In this document: positions 8,696-18,327 of the stretch, one piece after another
Numbering within the stretch: position 1 is the stretch's first letter
Layout of the letters: each line of letters opens with the position of its first letter
From: Promethearchaeota archaeon
GTDB taxonomy: Archaea; Asgardarchaeota; Lokiarchaeia; Sigyniarchaeales; SOKP01
Assembly (NCBI GenBank): GCA_016840165.1
Contig: JAEOSU010000072.1
Location: forward strand, 32,001-96,000
Length of the DNA: 64,000 nucleotides
Direction of reading: 5' to 3'
Program-made: the position numbers and the translations under genes
The notes under the pieces: generated by a model
Seen by the model: only the letters and a program-made list of their open reading frames with translations
What the model was told of the DNA's origin: nothing
Databases searched by the model: none

Positions 8696-10639
8696 GTGGT
8701 TATGAAACAAGAAAAGAGACCCTTTAATAAGCTTATACCAATTCCTTTTCAACAAGTAATTATTAATGATTTATTTTGGTCAAATTGGCAAGATATAAAC
8801 CGAAGGGTGGCGATCCTTCACCAATATGAGCAATTAGAAAAGGCTCATCATATCAATAATTTCCGCATAGCTGCAAAGCTTAAAAAAGGACGACATAAGG
8901 GGGAGTTCTATTATGATTCCGATATATATAAATGGTTAGAAGCTGCCTTTTATATCCTTCAACAGAATAAGGATGATGAGCTAAAATCAAAAGTAGATGA
9001 AGTTGTAACACTTATTCTTAAATCGCAACTTAACGATGGTTATATTAACACGTTTTACTCAACCAATTTTATTGAGAGAAGATTTACAAATACTACATTT
9101 ATGCATGAACTCTATTGTGCGGGATATTTGATTGAAGCAGCAATTGCACATTATAATGCAACAGGTTCAAAAAAACTTTTAGATGCTGCTGAAAAGTTTA
9201 TGAATTTAATTTATACCATATTTATGGGCGAAAAAAAAGTTAATCCTCCAGGACATCAAGAAATAGAATTAGCTCTGATGTCATTATACCGTCTTACAAA
9301 TAATAAAAAGTATTTTTTACTAGCTGAAGATTTTATTAATCGAAGGGGGAAAGATGCTAATTCAAAACGATATATTCTTAGTCAATTTCTCAATCTTAAT
9401 TCAACACAAAAGCAAGCAAAAGAAATGGCGTTAAAGGATGGAGAGAGCAATGAAATTGAAGATTTTTATGCCAATCTTTCATTTAATGAGCGAATTAAAT
9501 TCTATTATGCTATCCTTAATGGAACTTGTTATCAACTTAATATTCCTGTTCGGAAGATCAGAGATCCTACAGGACATGCGGTTAGAGCTATGTATATGTT
9601 TTGCGGTATGGCAGATCTTTATGCTGATAATGGGGATGAGGATCTCTTAGATGCATTGATCAGATCTTGGTCTAAAATAACAGAAGGAAAAATGTATATC
9701 ACTGCTGGCATCGGTTCGGTAAATGGTATCGAAGGATTTGAAAAAGATTTTAAATTAAGGATAAAGAATTCATATTCTGAGACTTGTGCTGCAGTTGGGT
9801 TTCTGATGTGGAATTGGAGAATGCTTCAAATAACAGCACAAGCCAAATATGCTGATTTAATTGAAAAAATCTTATATAATTCCCTGTTGGTTGGCCAATC
9901 ACTTGATGGAAAAAAATATTCATATACAAATCCTCTAATTTCTAATGGAGACTATGATAGGCAAGAATGGTATTTATGTCCTTGCTGTCCACCTAACCTT
10001 GCTCGAACCATTGCGTCTCTTGGTCAGTATATTTATAGTAAATCAGAGAATGCATTGTTCATTCACCAATATATTGGAAGTACGCTTAATTTTGAAATTA
10101 ATGAAGTTCCTATTGAAATACATCAACAAAGCGAATTTCCATGGCAAGGGAAAGTGAAATTAAAAATATTTCTTGGTAATAACCTCACATTTAAGATTTT
10201 CCTCAGAATTCCAAGATGGTCGAAAAAAACCCGTATTGAAATTAATGGAGAATTATTAAAGGATGATCTGATCCCTAATAGATATATAGAAATCAACCGA
10301 AACTGGAAGGATAAGGATGAAGTTACTATGATATTTGAAATGATACCGAATATACTAGATGGGGATCCCCGAGTTAAAGATATTAAGCACATGGTTTCTA
10401 TAAGCAATGGACCATTAATTTATTGTTTAGAACAAAACGATAATAAAAATTTTGACATAACTCATATACAAATTCAAGAGAATATTCCTCTTACTGTTAT
10501 CTATAAAGACAATTTGTTGGGAGGAATAAATGTTATTGAAGGAAAAATAGTCTCAGGAGAAAAATTCGTTGCTATACCATATTATACATGGAATAATCGA
10601 GGAACTGACAAAATGTTGATTTGGTCTCAGAAAGCTTAA
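8696..10639 (+). CDS. Glycoside hydrolase family 127 (beta-L-arabinofuranosidase-like)
   Basis: DSDIYKWLEAA, HELYCAG, GHQEIE, GHAVRAMY, YSETCAA, CPCCPPN, IPYYTWNNR. Confidence 0.93.
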   Translation: MVMKQEKRPFNKLIPIPFQQVIINDLFWSNWQDINRRVAILHQYEQLEKAHHINNFRIAAKLKKGRHKGEFYYDSDIYKWLEAAFYILQQNKDDELKSKVDEVVTLILKSQLNDGYINTFYSTNFIERRFTNTTFMHELYCAGYLIEAAIAHYNATGSKKLLDAAEKFMNLIYTIFMGEKKVNPPGHQEIELALMSLYRLTNNKKYFLLAEDFINRRGKDANSKRYILSQFLNLNSTQKQAKEMALKDGESNEIEDFYANLSFNERIKFYYAILNGTCYQLNIPVRKIRDPTGHAVRAMYMFCGMADLYADNGDEDLLDALIRSWSKITEGKMYITAGIGSVNGIEGFEKDFKLRIKNSYSETCAAVGFLMWNWRMLQITAQAKYADLIEKILYNSLLVGQSLDGKKYSYTNPLISNGDYDRQEWYLCPCCPPNLARTIASLGQYIYSKSENALFIHQYIGSTLNFEINEVPIEIHQQSEFPWQGKVKLKIFLGNNLTFKIFLRIPRWSKKTRIEINGELLKDDLIPNRYIEINRNWKDKDEVTMIFEMIPNILDGDPRVKDIKHMVSISNGPLIYCLEQNDNKNFDITHIQIQENIPLTVIYKDNLLGGINVIEGKIVSGEKFVAIPYYTWNNRGTDKMLIWSQKA

Positions 10640-10673
10640 CGGAAAGCTCTATTTTCTTAATAAAAAAATCTAA

Positions 10674-11207
10674 TCATATTGGTTTCTTCGAATATTTTTC
10701 AAAGAGTGATTCCGTCATCAGATTAAATGCATCCTCAACATTTTGACCTGTTTTTGAAGAGAGCTCAACAAACGAGGTTAAATTATATTTTTTTGCCGCT
10801 AGTATCCCCTCATTTCTGGGGACAGCTCTAAATTCTTCTAGGTCAAGTTTGGAACCTACGAGCATAATTGGAATATCTCCAGCATGCTCTCTTATGATCT
10901 GGGTCCAATCGGGCAAATGATCGATTGTAATGGAATTTGTAATATCATATAAGAAAAAGGCTGCATTAGCTCCTTTACAATATTGAGATAATAGGAATCT
11001 GAAGCGCTCTTCACCTCCAAAATCCCAAATCTGTAATTTTACTTTTTTTCCTTTAAAATTCGTGGTTTTAGAATAAAAATCTACTCCGATAGTAAGTTTC
11101 AAATCTTCAAGAAAGAATCCAGAGATGTATCTAATTGTAAGTGAGGTTTTGCCTACACTTGCATCTCCTAACATCATAATCTTGAATGTAAAGTCATAGT
11201 CAGTCAT
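10674..11207 (-). CDS. Rab-like small GTPase
   Basis: GDASVGKTS, TIGVDF, KLQIWDFGGEERFR, GSKLD, SSKTGQNV. Confidence 0.96.
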   Translation of the reverse strand: MTDYDFTFKIMMLGDASVGKTSLTIRYISGFFLEDLKLTIGVDFYSKTTNFKGKKVKLQIWDFGGEERFRFLLSQYCKGANAAFFLYDITNSITIDHLPDWTQIIREHAGDIPIMLVGSKLDLEEFRAVPRNEGILAAKKYNLTSFVELSSKTGQNVEDAFNLMTESLFEKYSKKPI

Positions 11208-11381
11208 AATAATTAATAGATCAGCAGTTTAGGCTGTCCTGTTATACCTTTTTGATAAATACATTAATAAGAACTGCCTTTTTTTCTTAAATTTATACCC
11301 ATACAATTCTTTATTATTAACATTTATTATTATTAGTATTTAATATTTCTTTCTAAAAATCTTTCCTATCGAAAATGAAGA

Positions 11382-12089
11382 TTATAATATTAGAATCAAA
11401 AAATTAAATACGGAGTGAGCCATTGAAGTAGGGATTAAAGAAAAATTTGAATAAATATAAACTAAAGCTAATATAAATCCAATAGTAAAATAATATCCAA
11501 AAAAACTAATAATTGTAGACAGGGGAACAAGGAAAGGAGGTATGTGATATATAGTAAAGACTAAAGAAGATATAATGAGTGAATAGATTAAGCGTATTTT
11601 ATTCTTTAATTTTATAATAATAAAACCACGAAAGAAACTCTCTTCACAAGGTCCGATAATAAAAAATTGGATTAAAATAAAAATATATAGTTGTAGGGGG
11701 GTTGGATTAAGAATTTGGGAATTAATGGCATTTTCTTTACCTTGAACAACAAACTCTTCACTAAAGAGATTCGCAGTGATAAAATCTTGGAAAAAGACCA
11801 AAATGAAATTGCTCATTACTACTAAACTTATTCCAATAAATATTCCTAAAGTTGCTTTTTTTATTTTAAGAGAAAAATTTGAAAGATTAATGTTGATTCC
11901 AATTTCGTGTAATTCATGCTTAATAGAAGTTCTTGATAAACGAGATGATATTAGAATGGGAATTACAATCAAAAATATCTCGAGTGAAGATAAAAGGATT
12001 AATATCCATGGATTTTCTCCTAGTTGAATCATTGATCTAAATAATTTTAACCTAATTTTAAATATATCTTGGAAATCATTAAATCTCAT
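11382..12089 (-). CDS. CPBP intramembrane glutamic endopeptidase
   Basis: EESFFRG, FTIYH and AHSVFN motifs intact. Confidence 0.9.
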   Translation of the reverse strand: MRFNDFQDIFKIRLKLFRSMIQLGENPWILILLSSLEIFLIVIPILISSRLSRTSIKHELHEIGININLSNFSLKIKKATLGIFIGISLVVMSNFILVFFQDFITANLFSEEFVVQGKENAINSQILNPTPLQLYIFILIQFFIIGPCEESFFRGFIIIKLKNKIRLIYSLIISSLVFTIYHIPPFLVPLSTIISFFGYYFTIGFILALVYIYSNFSLIPTSMAHSVFNFLILIL

Positions 12090-12126
12090 ATCTCGATGAT
12101 TTTATTAAATATAGATTTATCTTATA

Positions 12127-13401
12127 TTGTTAATGACCACACAGGATCAAAATCTAAAACTCAATGGCTTAAAAACAAATAAAGAGCCATTATCTGATGA
12201 GATGGGCTTAACTAAAGAGCAAATTTTACTTCAAAACATCCATAATATTGCAGAGGAATATCAAGAAGTTGAATTGTTAAAAAAAAAGTTTGTTGAGGCA
12301 GTTAATCATAATTTAGATAAATTAGATTTCTCTAAATTCATTAAATTTCCCAATTTTGATATTAAAGAAAACTTAATCAAAAAAAAAATTGCACACTCGA
12401 ATATTAGCGGTTTATATGTGGTATCTGTTGATGGAAGCTCCGTTATCAAGAAGTTTATGAATGTTGACTTCTCATTTTTAAAAGCTATTGCGGTAAAATA
12501 TTATTTTTATAAAAATCACTCCTCTAAGATTGAATACTATCCGGATCTCAGTGGATTTAACAATTATATTGTTCAAGGTGATTACTTTAATAGGGAGGAG
12601 CATGCTGTAGACGCAAAAATATCAATCGATATGACATTTATGGAAATTAATTTATTAAATAAACTAATTGAGAAAAAACCGAATATTGATTTGATCATAA
12701 TTGATGGCTCAATAGTTATTATGCCAATCAATTTATTATTTACTCAGGATATCGAAATCGCAAAGAAATATGATAGGCTTTTAAGAGAATATCAGAAACT
12801 ATATAGATCCTGCAAGGAGAATGGTATAATATTAATCGGTTCAATAAAAGATACGAGGACTTCTGCTCTTACGAATATTCTAGGGAATTCCATCCTCATG
12901 TCCAAACCCAATTATACTCATTTATCCGAGTTTGTAGAAATAAATTATCGCCAAGTGATTCAATACTTTTCGGATATGGATCTTTTCCATAGAATACTCC
13001 AAAAGGCTGAAAGAAGTTGTATCTTTACTTGCAAAAAAGATATCGACAAAATAAGGGATACAGGAATAAAAAAAGAAATTCCATATTACTTTCCATTAAA
13101 TTTTTATGCATTTTATCTGAAAACAACCCATTACGATACTCCATGTCGTATTGAATTTTTTATGGATGAACAACAATCATTTAAGGATGCAATAGAAAGA
13201 GCAGATTTAATTTCTTCGATTTTATTACCCATATCGAGTCTAAATGAATATTATGGACTTCCAATCCCTCAGATAGAAGCCCATAAAAGAGCAGTATTCA
13301 AACCCTCAGAAATTGATCTTTTGTTTAATAATCTTTCGAGAAAAATCAGTGGATTTGGTATAAATTTATTAGAAAAACGTAGAGCGCGAAGACCATTTTA
13401 A
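12127..13401 (+). CDS. nurA: NurA-family DNA double-strand-break repair nuclease
   Basis: VSVDGS, IIIDGS, IGSIK, RIE and GLPIPQIEAH..A motifs. True start is probably ATG at 12133. Confidence 0.85.
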   Translation: MLMTTQDQNLKLNGLKTNKEPLSDEMGLTKEQILLQNIHNIAEEYQEVELLKKKFVEAVNHNLDKLDFSKFIKFPNFDIKENLIKKKIAHSNISGLYVVSVDGSSVIKKFMNVDFSFLKAIAVKYYFYKNHSSKIEYYPDLSGFNNYIVQGDYFNREEHAVDAKISIDMTFMEINLLNKLIEKKPNIDLIIIDGSIVIMPINLLFTQDIEIAKKYDRLLREYQKLYRSCKENGIILIGSIKDTRTSALTNILGNSILMSKPNYTHLSEFVEINYRQVIQYFSDMDLFHRILQKAERSCIFTCKKDIDKIRDTGIKKEIPYYFPLNFYAFYLKTTHYDTPCRIEFFMDEQQSFKDAIERADLISSILLPISSLNEYYGLPIPQIEAHKRAVFKPSEIDLLFNNLSRKISGFGINLLEKRRARRPF

Positions 13402-14138
13402 TAAGAGATTCGAACTGCTCTATTTAATATTATGTCTTCAAAAAAAATATGTTTCTTTGCTATTATATTTGTTTCAAATCCTAATTTGAGTAAAATCTCG
13501 CTAATATTATCTCTAAGAACTCTACTAGAGGTAATAAAGTAAAGCAAACAAACAGCATTATGATCTGGATTAAGAAAAGGAACAACCTGATTAAAAAATT
13601 CTAGAAGTGTTTCATAACCTTCTTCCCCACCATTCCAGCTATAATCTATGTCGGTGGAAGGTTTATCGGTTTTTATTTCCAAAGCGGGTAAATAAGGAGG
13701 ATTAAAGATAATAACATTAAATTTATATGTTAATTTTTTAGGAAAGGATTTAAATAGATCAGAGTGAATAAAACGTATTTCTCCTTTGAAGTTATTAATT
13801 TTCTCATTATTTTTAGCGCAAATTATTGCTTCTTTCATAATATCAGAAGCATATATTTTCGGATTGAGACTTGAAAGTTGACTGGAAAGCATTTGAAGAA
13901 AAATAGCAATAATACCTGTTCCAGTTCCCATATCTAAAATATATTTTACCTTTTTTATATTATAACCATCAAAGGAAGAGCTTGTGACTGCTTTTCTGAA
14001 ATAATCAACTATCAGAAACGTGTCATCGGATGGAGAATAAACCTTTTCATTCTTATATTGGATAATCGGATCTTTACTGTAGTTTATCATAAATTCTAAC
14101 TTATTTGAAATTTTTAAATATTTTATGAAACGCTTCAC
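13398..14138 (-). CDS. HemK2/Mtq2-type release factor glutamine methyltransferase
   Basis: VYSPSDDTFL, LDMGTGTG, FNPPY, GGEEG. Start is probably ATG at 14090. Confidence 0.92.
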   Translation of the reverse strand: MKRFIKYLKISNKLEFMINYSKDPIIQYKNEKVYSPSDDTFLIVDYFRKAVTSSSFDGYNIKKVKYILDMGTGTGIIAIFLQMLSSQLSSLNPKIYASDIMKEAIICAKNNEKINNFKGEIRFIHSDLFKSFPKKLTYKFNVIIFNPPYLPALEIKTDKPSTDIDYSWNGGEEGYETLLEFFNQVVPFLNPDHNAVCLLYFITSSRVLRDNISEILLKLGFETNIIAKKHIFFEDIILNRAVRISY

Positions 14139-14955
14139 TTAAAACAATGAAATCATCATAGTTATAACTAGAAAGTTTCATATCATCAAAATTTATTGAA
14201 TCTAAGTATTCTTTTATATCTTTTTTTGACAAATGACTTGCTTTTCTGCTATTCAAATAGGATAAAATCGCATTTGATAGGTTTTTATTTTTGTAGGGCA
14301 TGATGCCACAGACAAAATTCAAAAAAAAAGTTCTTCCCTCTTCTGATCTCAAAAAAGGATTAAGATATTCTCTCGGGTATACAGTAATCATAGAAAGCTC
14401 GATCTTTGGTGATGGGTAGAATGAATTAGGTGATATTGAGAATTTACGTGAAGGTTTCATAAATGCATTAAAACTAACTGTGATTCGTGAAAAATTTTTA
14501 TAATTAGTCCCAATAAATATTCTGTTCGCAAGGCTTTTTTCAATGATCAATATCCCAGAGGGAGGAGAGCTATTATAAAAAACTTTTTCAAGAATAGGTC
14601 CGGTTATAGAATATGGAATGTTAGAAACGACTTTATTATGAGCCGGGATTTGCACTTTCAAAATATCTTGATTAAATAATTCTAAATTTGAAGAAGATGA
14701 AAATTTATTTTTAAGGAATCGATAAAGAGTTTTATCAATTTCATAAGAATATACTTTTTCTACTCTCTTTATCAATTCGGAGGTTAATGCTCCTAAACCC
14801 GCTCCAATTTCTAATATAATATCATTCTTTTTGAGTTCAGAAGCAGAAATTAATTTATCTAAAACGTTCTTATCAATTAAGAAATTTTGTCCCAATTTTT
14901 TATTTGGTGAATGTTTTAATTCTTTAAGGATGGAGAGAGTCTCATTTCGATTCAT
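14101..14955 (-). CDS. rsmA: 16S rRNA adenine dimethyltransferase KsgA/Dim1
   Basis: KKLGQNFL, EIGAGLG, SNIPYSI, FYPSPKI. Confidence 0.95.
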   Translation of the reverse strand: MNRNETLSILKELKHSPNKKLGQNFLIDKNVLDKLISASELKKNDIILEIGAGLGALTSELIKRVEKVYSYEIDKTLYRFLKNKFSSSSNLELFNQDILKVQIPAHNKVVSNIPYSITGPILEKVFYNSSPPSGILIIEKSLANRIFIGTNYKNFSRITVSFNAFMKPSRKFSISPNSFYPSPKIELSMITVYPREYLNPFLRSEEGRTFFLNFVCGIMPYKNKNLSNAILSYLNSRKASHLSKKDIKEYLDSINFDDMKLSSYNYDDFIVLSEAFHKIFKNFK

Positions 14956-14958
14956 TTT

Positions 14959-15618
14959 TTATTCATACTTCTGAGTCTTGGAAAATAGGTAGTATTTGAC
15001 CCCTTCTCGTTCTAATTCTTTAATGATTCTTTGAGCAACAAGCTTTGCGGGATTAGAAATGCTTGTTCTATCTATAATGTCTTGAAAGTTAGTAAATTTT
15101 TGGCGCTCTCGAGCGTTCAATATATCCCACATGTGTTTTTGACCTACCCCGGGAAGCAATTTTAGAGCATGCATACGCGGAGTTATCGATGTAGAATTAT
15201 TAAAAAAATTTATAAACTCTTCTTCGTAATCTAAAACCTCTTTTTCGAGTATTGGCTCTAAAAGAGCTTTAGAGGTATTAGTTAATTCATCATAATCAAT
15301 CTTTTTAAGAACATCCCTTAATTTATCTTGATTTGTGAATTCTTCATAAGTATTTTTTTCTTGAACTTTAATATCTGCATCTCTATTAATTTTTACTTCA
15401 TAAAGAACAAAATCAGGCAACGTAATAACTTGTGCAATTGGTGTTTTTGACCAACTTGGTTTATCTTCTTCAGGGTGACCTCGGAGTAATATGTCTAAAA
15501 TTATTACCTCTCGGAACTTCTTGATAAATTGTTTCTTTTTTCTCGGACCTCTCCTTTGAAAATTTGACTTTTTCGGAGCTCTTCTGTATCGATCCCGAGG
15601 TCTTTCCATAAACACCAA
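14959..15618 (-). CDS. DUF655 putative RNA-binding protein
   Basis: FFN...ITPRMHALKLLPGVG (HhH), and position between rpoF and ksgA. Confidence 0.92.
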   Translation of the reverse strand: MVFMERPRDRYRRAPKKSNFQRRGPRKKKQFIKKFREVIILDILLRGHPEEDKPSWSKTPIAQVITLPDFVLYEVKINRDADIKVQEKNTYEEFTNQDKLRDVLKKIDYDELTNTSKALLEPILEKEVLDYEEEFINFFNNSTSITPRMHALKLLPGVGQKHMWDILNARERQKFTNFQDIIDRTSISNPAKLVAQRIIKELEREGVKYYLFSKTQKYE

Positions 15619-15765
15619 CTTTCTTGATAATTTCTTTTTTGATATCCATAATAAATATGGTTTTTTGAATATCTTATTTTAAAAGAGTTATACATTAAAA
15701 TCTATAACCATAAAAATTTATAAATTCTTTGATGTGAAATTAGATCTAATCTTTTTTCATCAGAT

Positions 15766-16125
15766 TTATTTTAGTTCTTCTATTTGATATAAAAGATCCT
15801 GTAATTGATCATCATTTAATGTTTTTCCTATAAAACTTTTTTCTAAAATCATTCTTAATTCCGGAACAGTTTTAGGATTAATATTTACAATATTAATCGC
15901 ATAAACATCTTCAATTTCATATTTTTCAGTGAGAAACTTTATAATTTTATGAGCGGTTTTTTCATCGACTTTTGCAAATTTATTAACGTAATTGTAGGTT
16001 ATTTCTTGAAAATGGGATAATCCTTCCTCTGAATCAATCTCTTCAATTTTATCTTTAACTTTTTCCATTATTTTTTTTACTTCTGGAATAGAAACCGATT
16101 TTTCATTTACTTTTCTTCCAGACAT
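15766..16125 (-). CDS. rpo4: RNA polymerase subunit F (Rpo4)
   Basis: VSIPEVK, YVNKFAK, NINPKTVPELR and conserved synteny. Confidence 0.9.
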   Translation of the reverse strand: MSGRKVNEKSVSIPEVKKIMEKVKDKIEEIDSEEGLSHFQEITYNYVNKFAKVDEKTAHKIIKFLTEKYEIEDVYAINIVNINPKTVPELRMILEKSFIGKTLNDDQLQDLLYQIEELK

Positions 16126-16158
16126 AGTTTTTCTACCTTTTAACTTATGAATTTAAAC

Positions 16159-16458
16159 TTAGTCTCCTTTGTTTAATCTCAGATGTTCTTTTCCAATAAT
16201 TAATGTCTTATTAGAATTACCTAATTTCACTTCAACTTCATAACAACGGCCTCTTACACCACATATTGTTCCTGTGAGTCCATGATATCGTCTATGTGGC
16301 ATACCCCTCTTTTGCTGTGAAGGATCAGTTATAATGTCAACTTTATGTCCCATCTCATATTCCATTAAATATTTATCGATGGATCGTAGTCCTTTTTCTC
16401 TTGCTTTCTTTCGATGCCGTTTTCTGGTCTTATTTCTATAGCCTTTATGAAGGGTCAT
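16159..16458 (-). CDS. rpl21e: 50S ribosomal protein L21e
   Basis: GYRNKTR, GMPHRRYHGLTG, EHL. ATG at 16458 preferred over the longer track start. Confidence 0.96.
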   Translation of the reverse strand: MTLHKGYRNKTRKRHRKKAREKGLRSIDKYLMEYEMGHKVDIITDPSQQKRGMPHRRYHGLTGTICGVRGRCYEVEVKLGNSNKTLIIGKEHLRLNKGD

Positions 16459-16559
16459 CTTCTTCACTAAATAATAAATCAATGCAATATAAATTAGAGT
16501 AAGTTATTTTATACGGGATAATTTATTTATTTTTTGCTTTTATTACCTTATGAAGTCTA

Positions 16560-17921
16560 TTAATCAATTTTCAAAACATCTAATTCCTTGCATAGAAGTG
16601 GACAATTAAATATTTCTGAAAAGGAGGGTGTTGTCCTCCCATCATCTCCATTAATAAGCTCTTTAATATATACTCCACCTTGCGTTTCAATTAAAAACTC
16701 AAACAACGTTGGTTTTTGATATTTTCCTTCAATCTTATAGATAGATTTTTCTCGTACCTTATCTGAACGTCGATGGGACACTCGAACGGGTGTTCGTTGT
16801 TTTATTTTATTATTCACGAATACTTCTCTGAGTTTAGTTAAATTAGTTATAAAAATTTCCTTGCTAACTTTTTGTTCTGATAAAACCTTTGCAAGATAAG
16901 TTTTTCTAGTGCTTTCTGCGCTTTTTTTCAAAGATTTTACTTCTGCTTTAGAACTATTTCTTAATTTAGAAATTTTGATCTTTTTTCTATTTTTTTTATT
17001 CACTGATTTTTGGATTTGATGGAGATTTAATGTTCTTTTCTTAGGATTTCTTAACTCAATTATGAAGGGACGTCCCTCACCAAGCATGCGAACATCAATA
17101 TCTTCTCGACCTCCACCATGAAACTTTGAATCTGTAGCGTTTGTCTCAGATAAAAAGATTGGAGAGATTAACTCTTCCACACTGGTCATATATTGTTTAC
17201 CAGTAAAATCACATAGTTTACATCCTTTTCCCATACAATTTCTACAATTCCAATGCGTTTGCGGTATATCACGTAAATATTTATTATATCTTCCATAAAT
17301 AAAGACTGATCTTATTAAAAGATCGATAGAATGCGATATTGGAGATAAATTAAAGATAATAGTTATATCTGGGGTTAAAAATTCTGGAGATTTATGCAAA
17401 GAGCTCGAGAGAACTTTTCCTAATTCACGATTAAAATGACTTTTAATAGATTCAGATTCAAGTAAGTTGAATTCGGCTTTAAATATGTCTTCTCTGTTAA
17501 TCATTTGAGAAGATGGGGCTGAACCAACCAAAAAATTATTGAATTCGATATCTCTAATTTTATTTATAGCATCTTGAGCATATATCTCTAAATTTGAAAA
17601 AATATCGTTGCATAAATAGCATTTCTCGGACGATAGTATTGGAGCGAGTTTTATTCCTTGCTTCATTAAAACTTGGCGCGCAGGAATAAAGTGCGCTTTC
17701 TCGGCTATTATTCTTAAATTCTTGGTATAAATTTCGTGATTCACATCTGAGGATAGTGATTTTTGGTGATTCTCCATCGTGAGTGTTAATAATAACGAAT
17801 AACCACGCTCAAAATTTGTGGTATTGGTTGCTAATAACGAGAACATCCTTCCTAAACAATGAATACATACATGATACTTCTGATAGATCTCTAAAACTTT
17901 CTCAAAGATAGACATGCTCAA
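16560..17921 (-). CDS. pus10: tRNA pseudouridine(54/55) synthase Pus10
   Basis: GRYNK..RDIPQT, GREDIDVRMLG, QRTP.RV, GGVYIKEL. Confidence 0.96.
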   Translation of the reverse strand: MSMSIFEKVLEIYQKYHVCIHCLGRMFSLLATNTTNFERGYSLLLTLTMENHQKSLSSDVNHEIYTKNLRIIAEKAHFIPARQVLMKQGIKLAPILSSEKCYLCNDIFSNLEIYAQDAINKIRDIEFNNFLVGSAPSSQMINREDIFKAEFNLLESESIKSHFNRELGKVLSSSLHKSPEFLTPDITIIFNLSPISHSIDLLIRSVFIYGRYNKYLRDIPQTHWNCRNCMGKGCKLCDFTGKQYMTSVEELISPIFLSETNATDSKFHGGGREDIDVRMLGEGRPFIIELRNPKKRTLNLHQIQKSVNKKNRKKIKISKLRNSSKAEVKSLKKSAESTRKTYLAKVLSEQKVSKEIFITNLTKLREVFVNNKIKQRTPVRVSHRRSDKVREKSIYKIEGKYQKPTLFEFLIETQGGVYIKELINGDDGRTTPSFSEIFNCPLLCKELDVLKID

Positions 17922-18061
17922 GAATAATAATAAGAGATCATATTAGTGTTTATTGATTAGGCTCTAACAGAGAAGAGAGGATTAAAAAAATTTTAAAAGA
18001 AAATTTTATTTTTCTATCTAATTTTGTTTTTATTTTTATTAAAGGAGTTAGTGCTTATATT

Positions 18062-18295
18062 ATGAGTAAAAAAAAAACTGGTTTTGTCAAGTGGTTCGAT
18101 TATAAGAAAGGTTTTGGGTTTATTACCACTGATAGCGAAGAAGATGTGTTCGTACATTTTTCAAATATCTTAATGGACGGCTTTAAAAAATTAGATATAG
18201 GAGATCAAGTCGAATTCGAATTGAAAGAATCGGAAGATGGAAAAGGACCAGAAGCACTTAATGTAAAAGTAATTACGAAAGATAGACGATATTAA
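18062..18295 (+). CDS. Cold-shock domain protein
   Basis: GFVKWF, RNP1 KGFGFI, RNP2 VFVHF. Confidence 0.95.
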   Translation: MSKKKTGFVKWFDYKKGFGFITTDSEEDVFVHFSNILMDGFKKLDIGDQVEFELKESEDGKGPEALNVKVITKDRRY

Positions 18296-18327
18296 TAAAA
18301 AAGAAAAAAAAAGTTAAATTATTCTAT

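Noticed and set aside
11221-11280. Fluoride-riboswitch-like words (TAAACTGCTGAT) on the minus strand
   Set aside because: The conserved 5' GGxGATG element and pseudoknot are missing, and the downstream gene is unrelated.
10674-12089. CPBP gene directly upstream of a Rab-like GTPase as an Rce1-like CAAX-processing pair
   Set aside because: None of the three GTPases has a C-terminal Cys or CAAX motif, so adjacency alone is insufficient.
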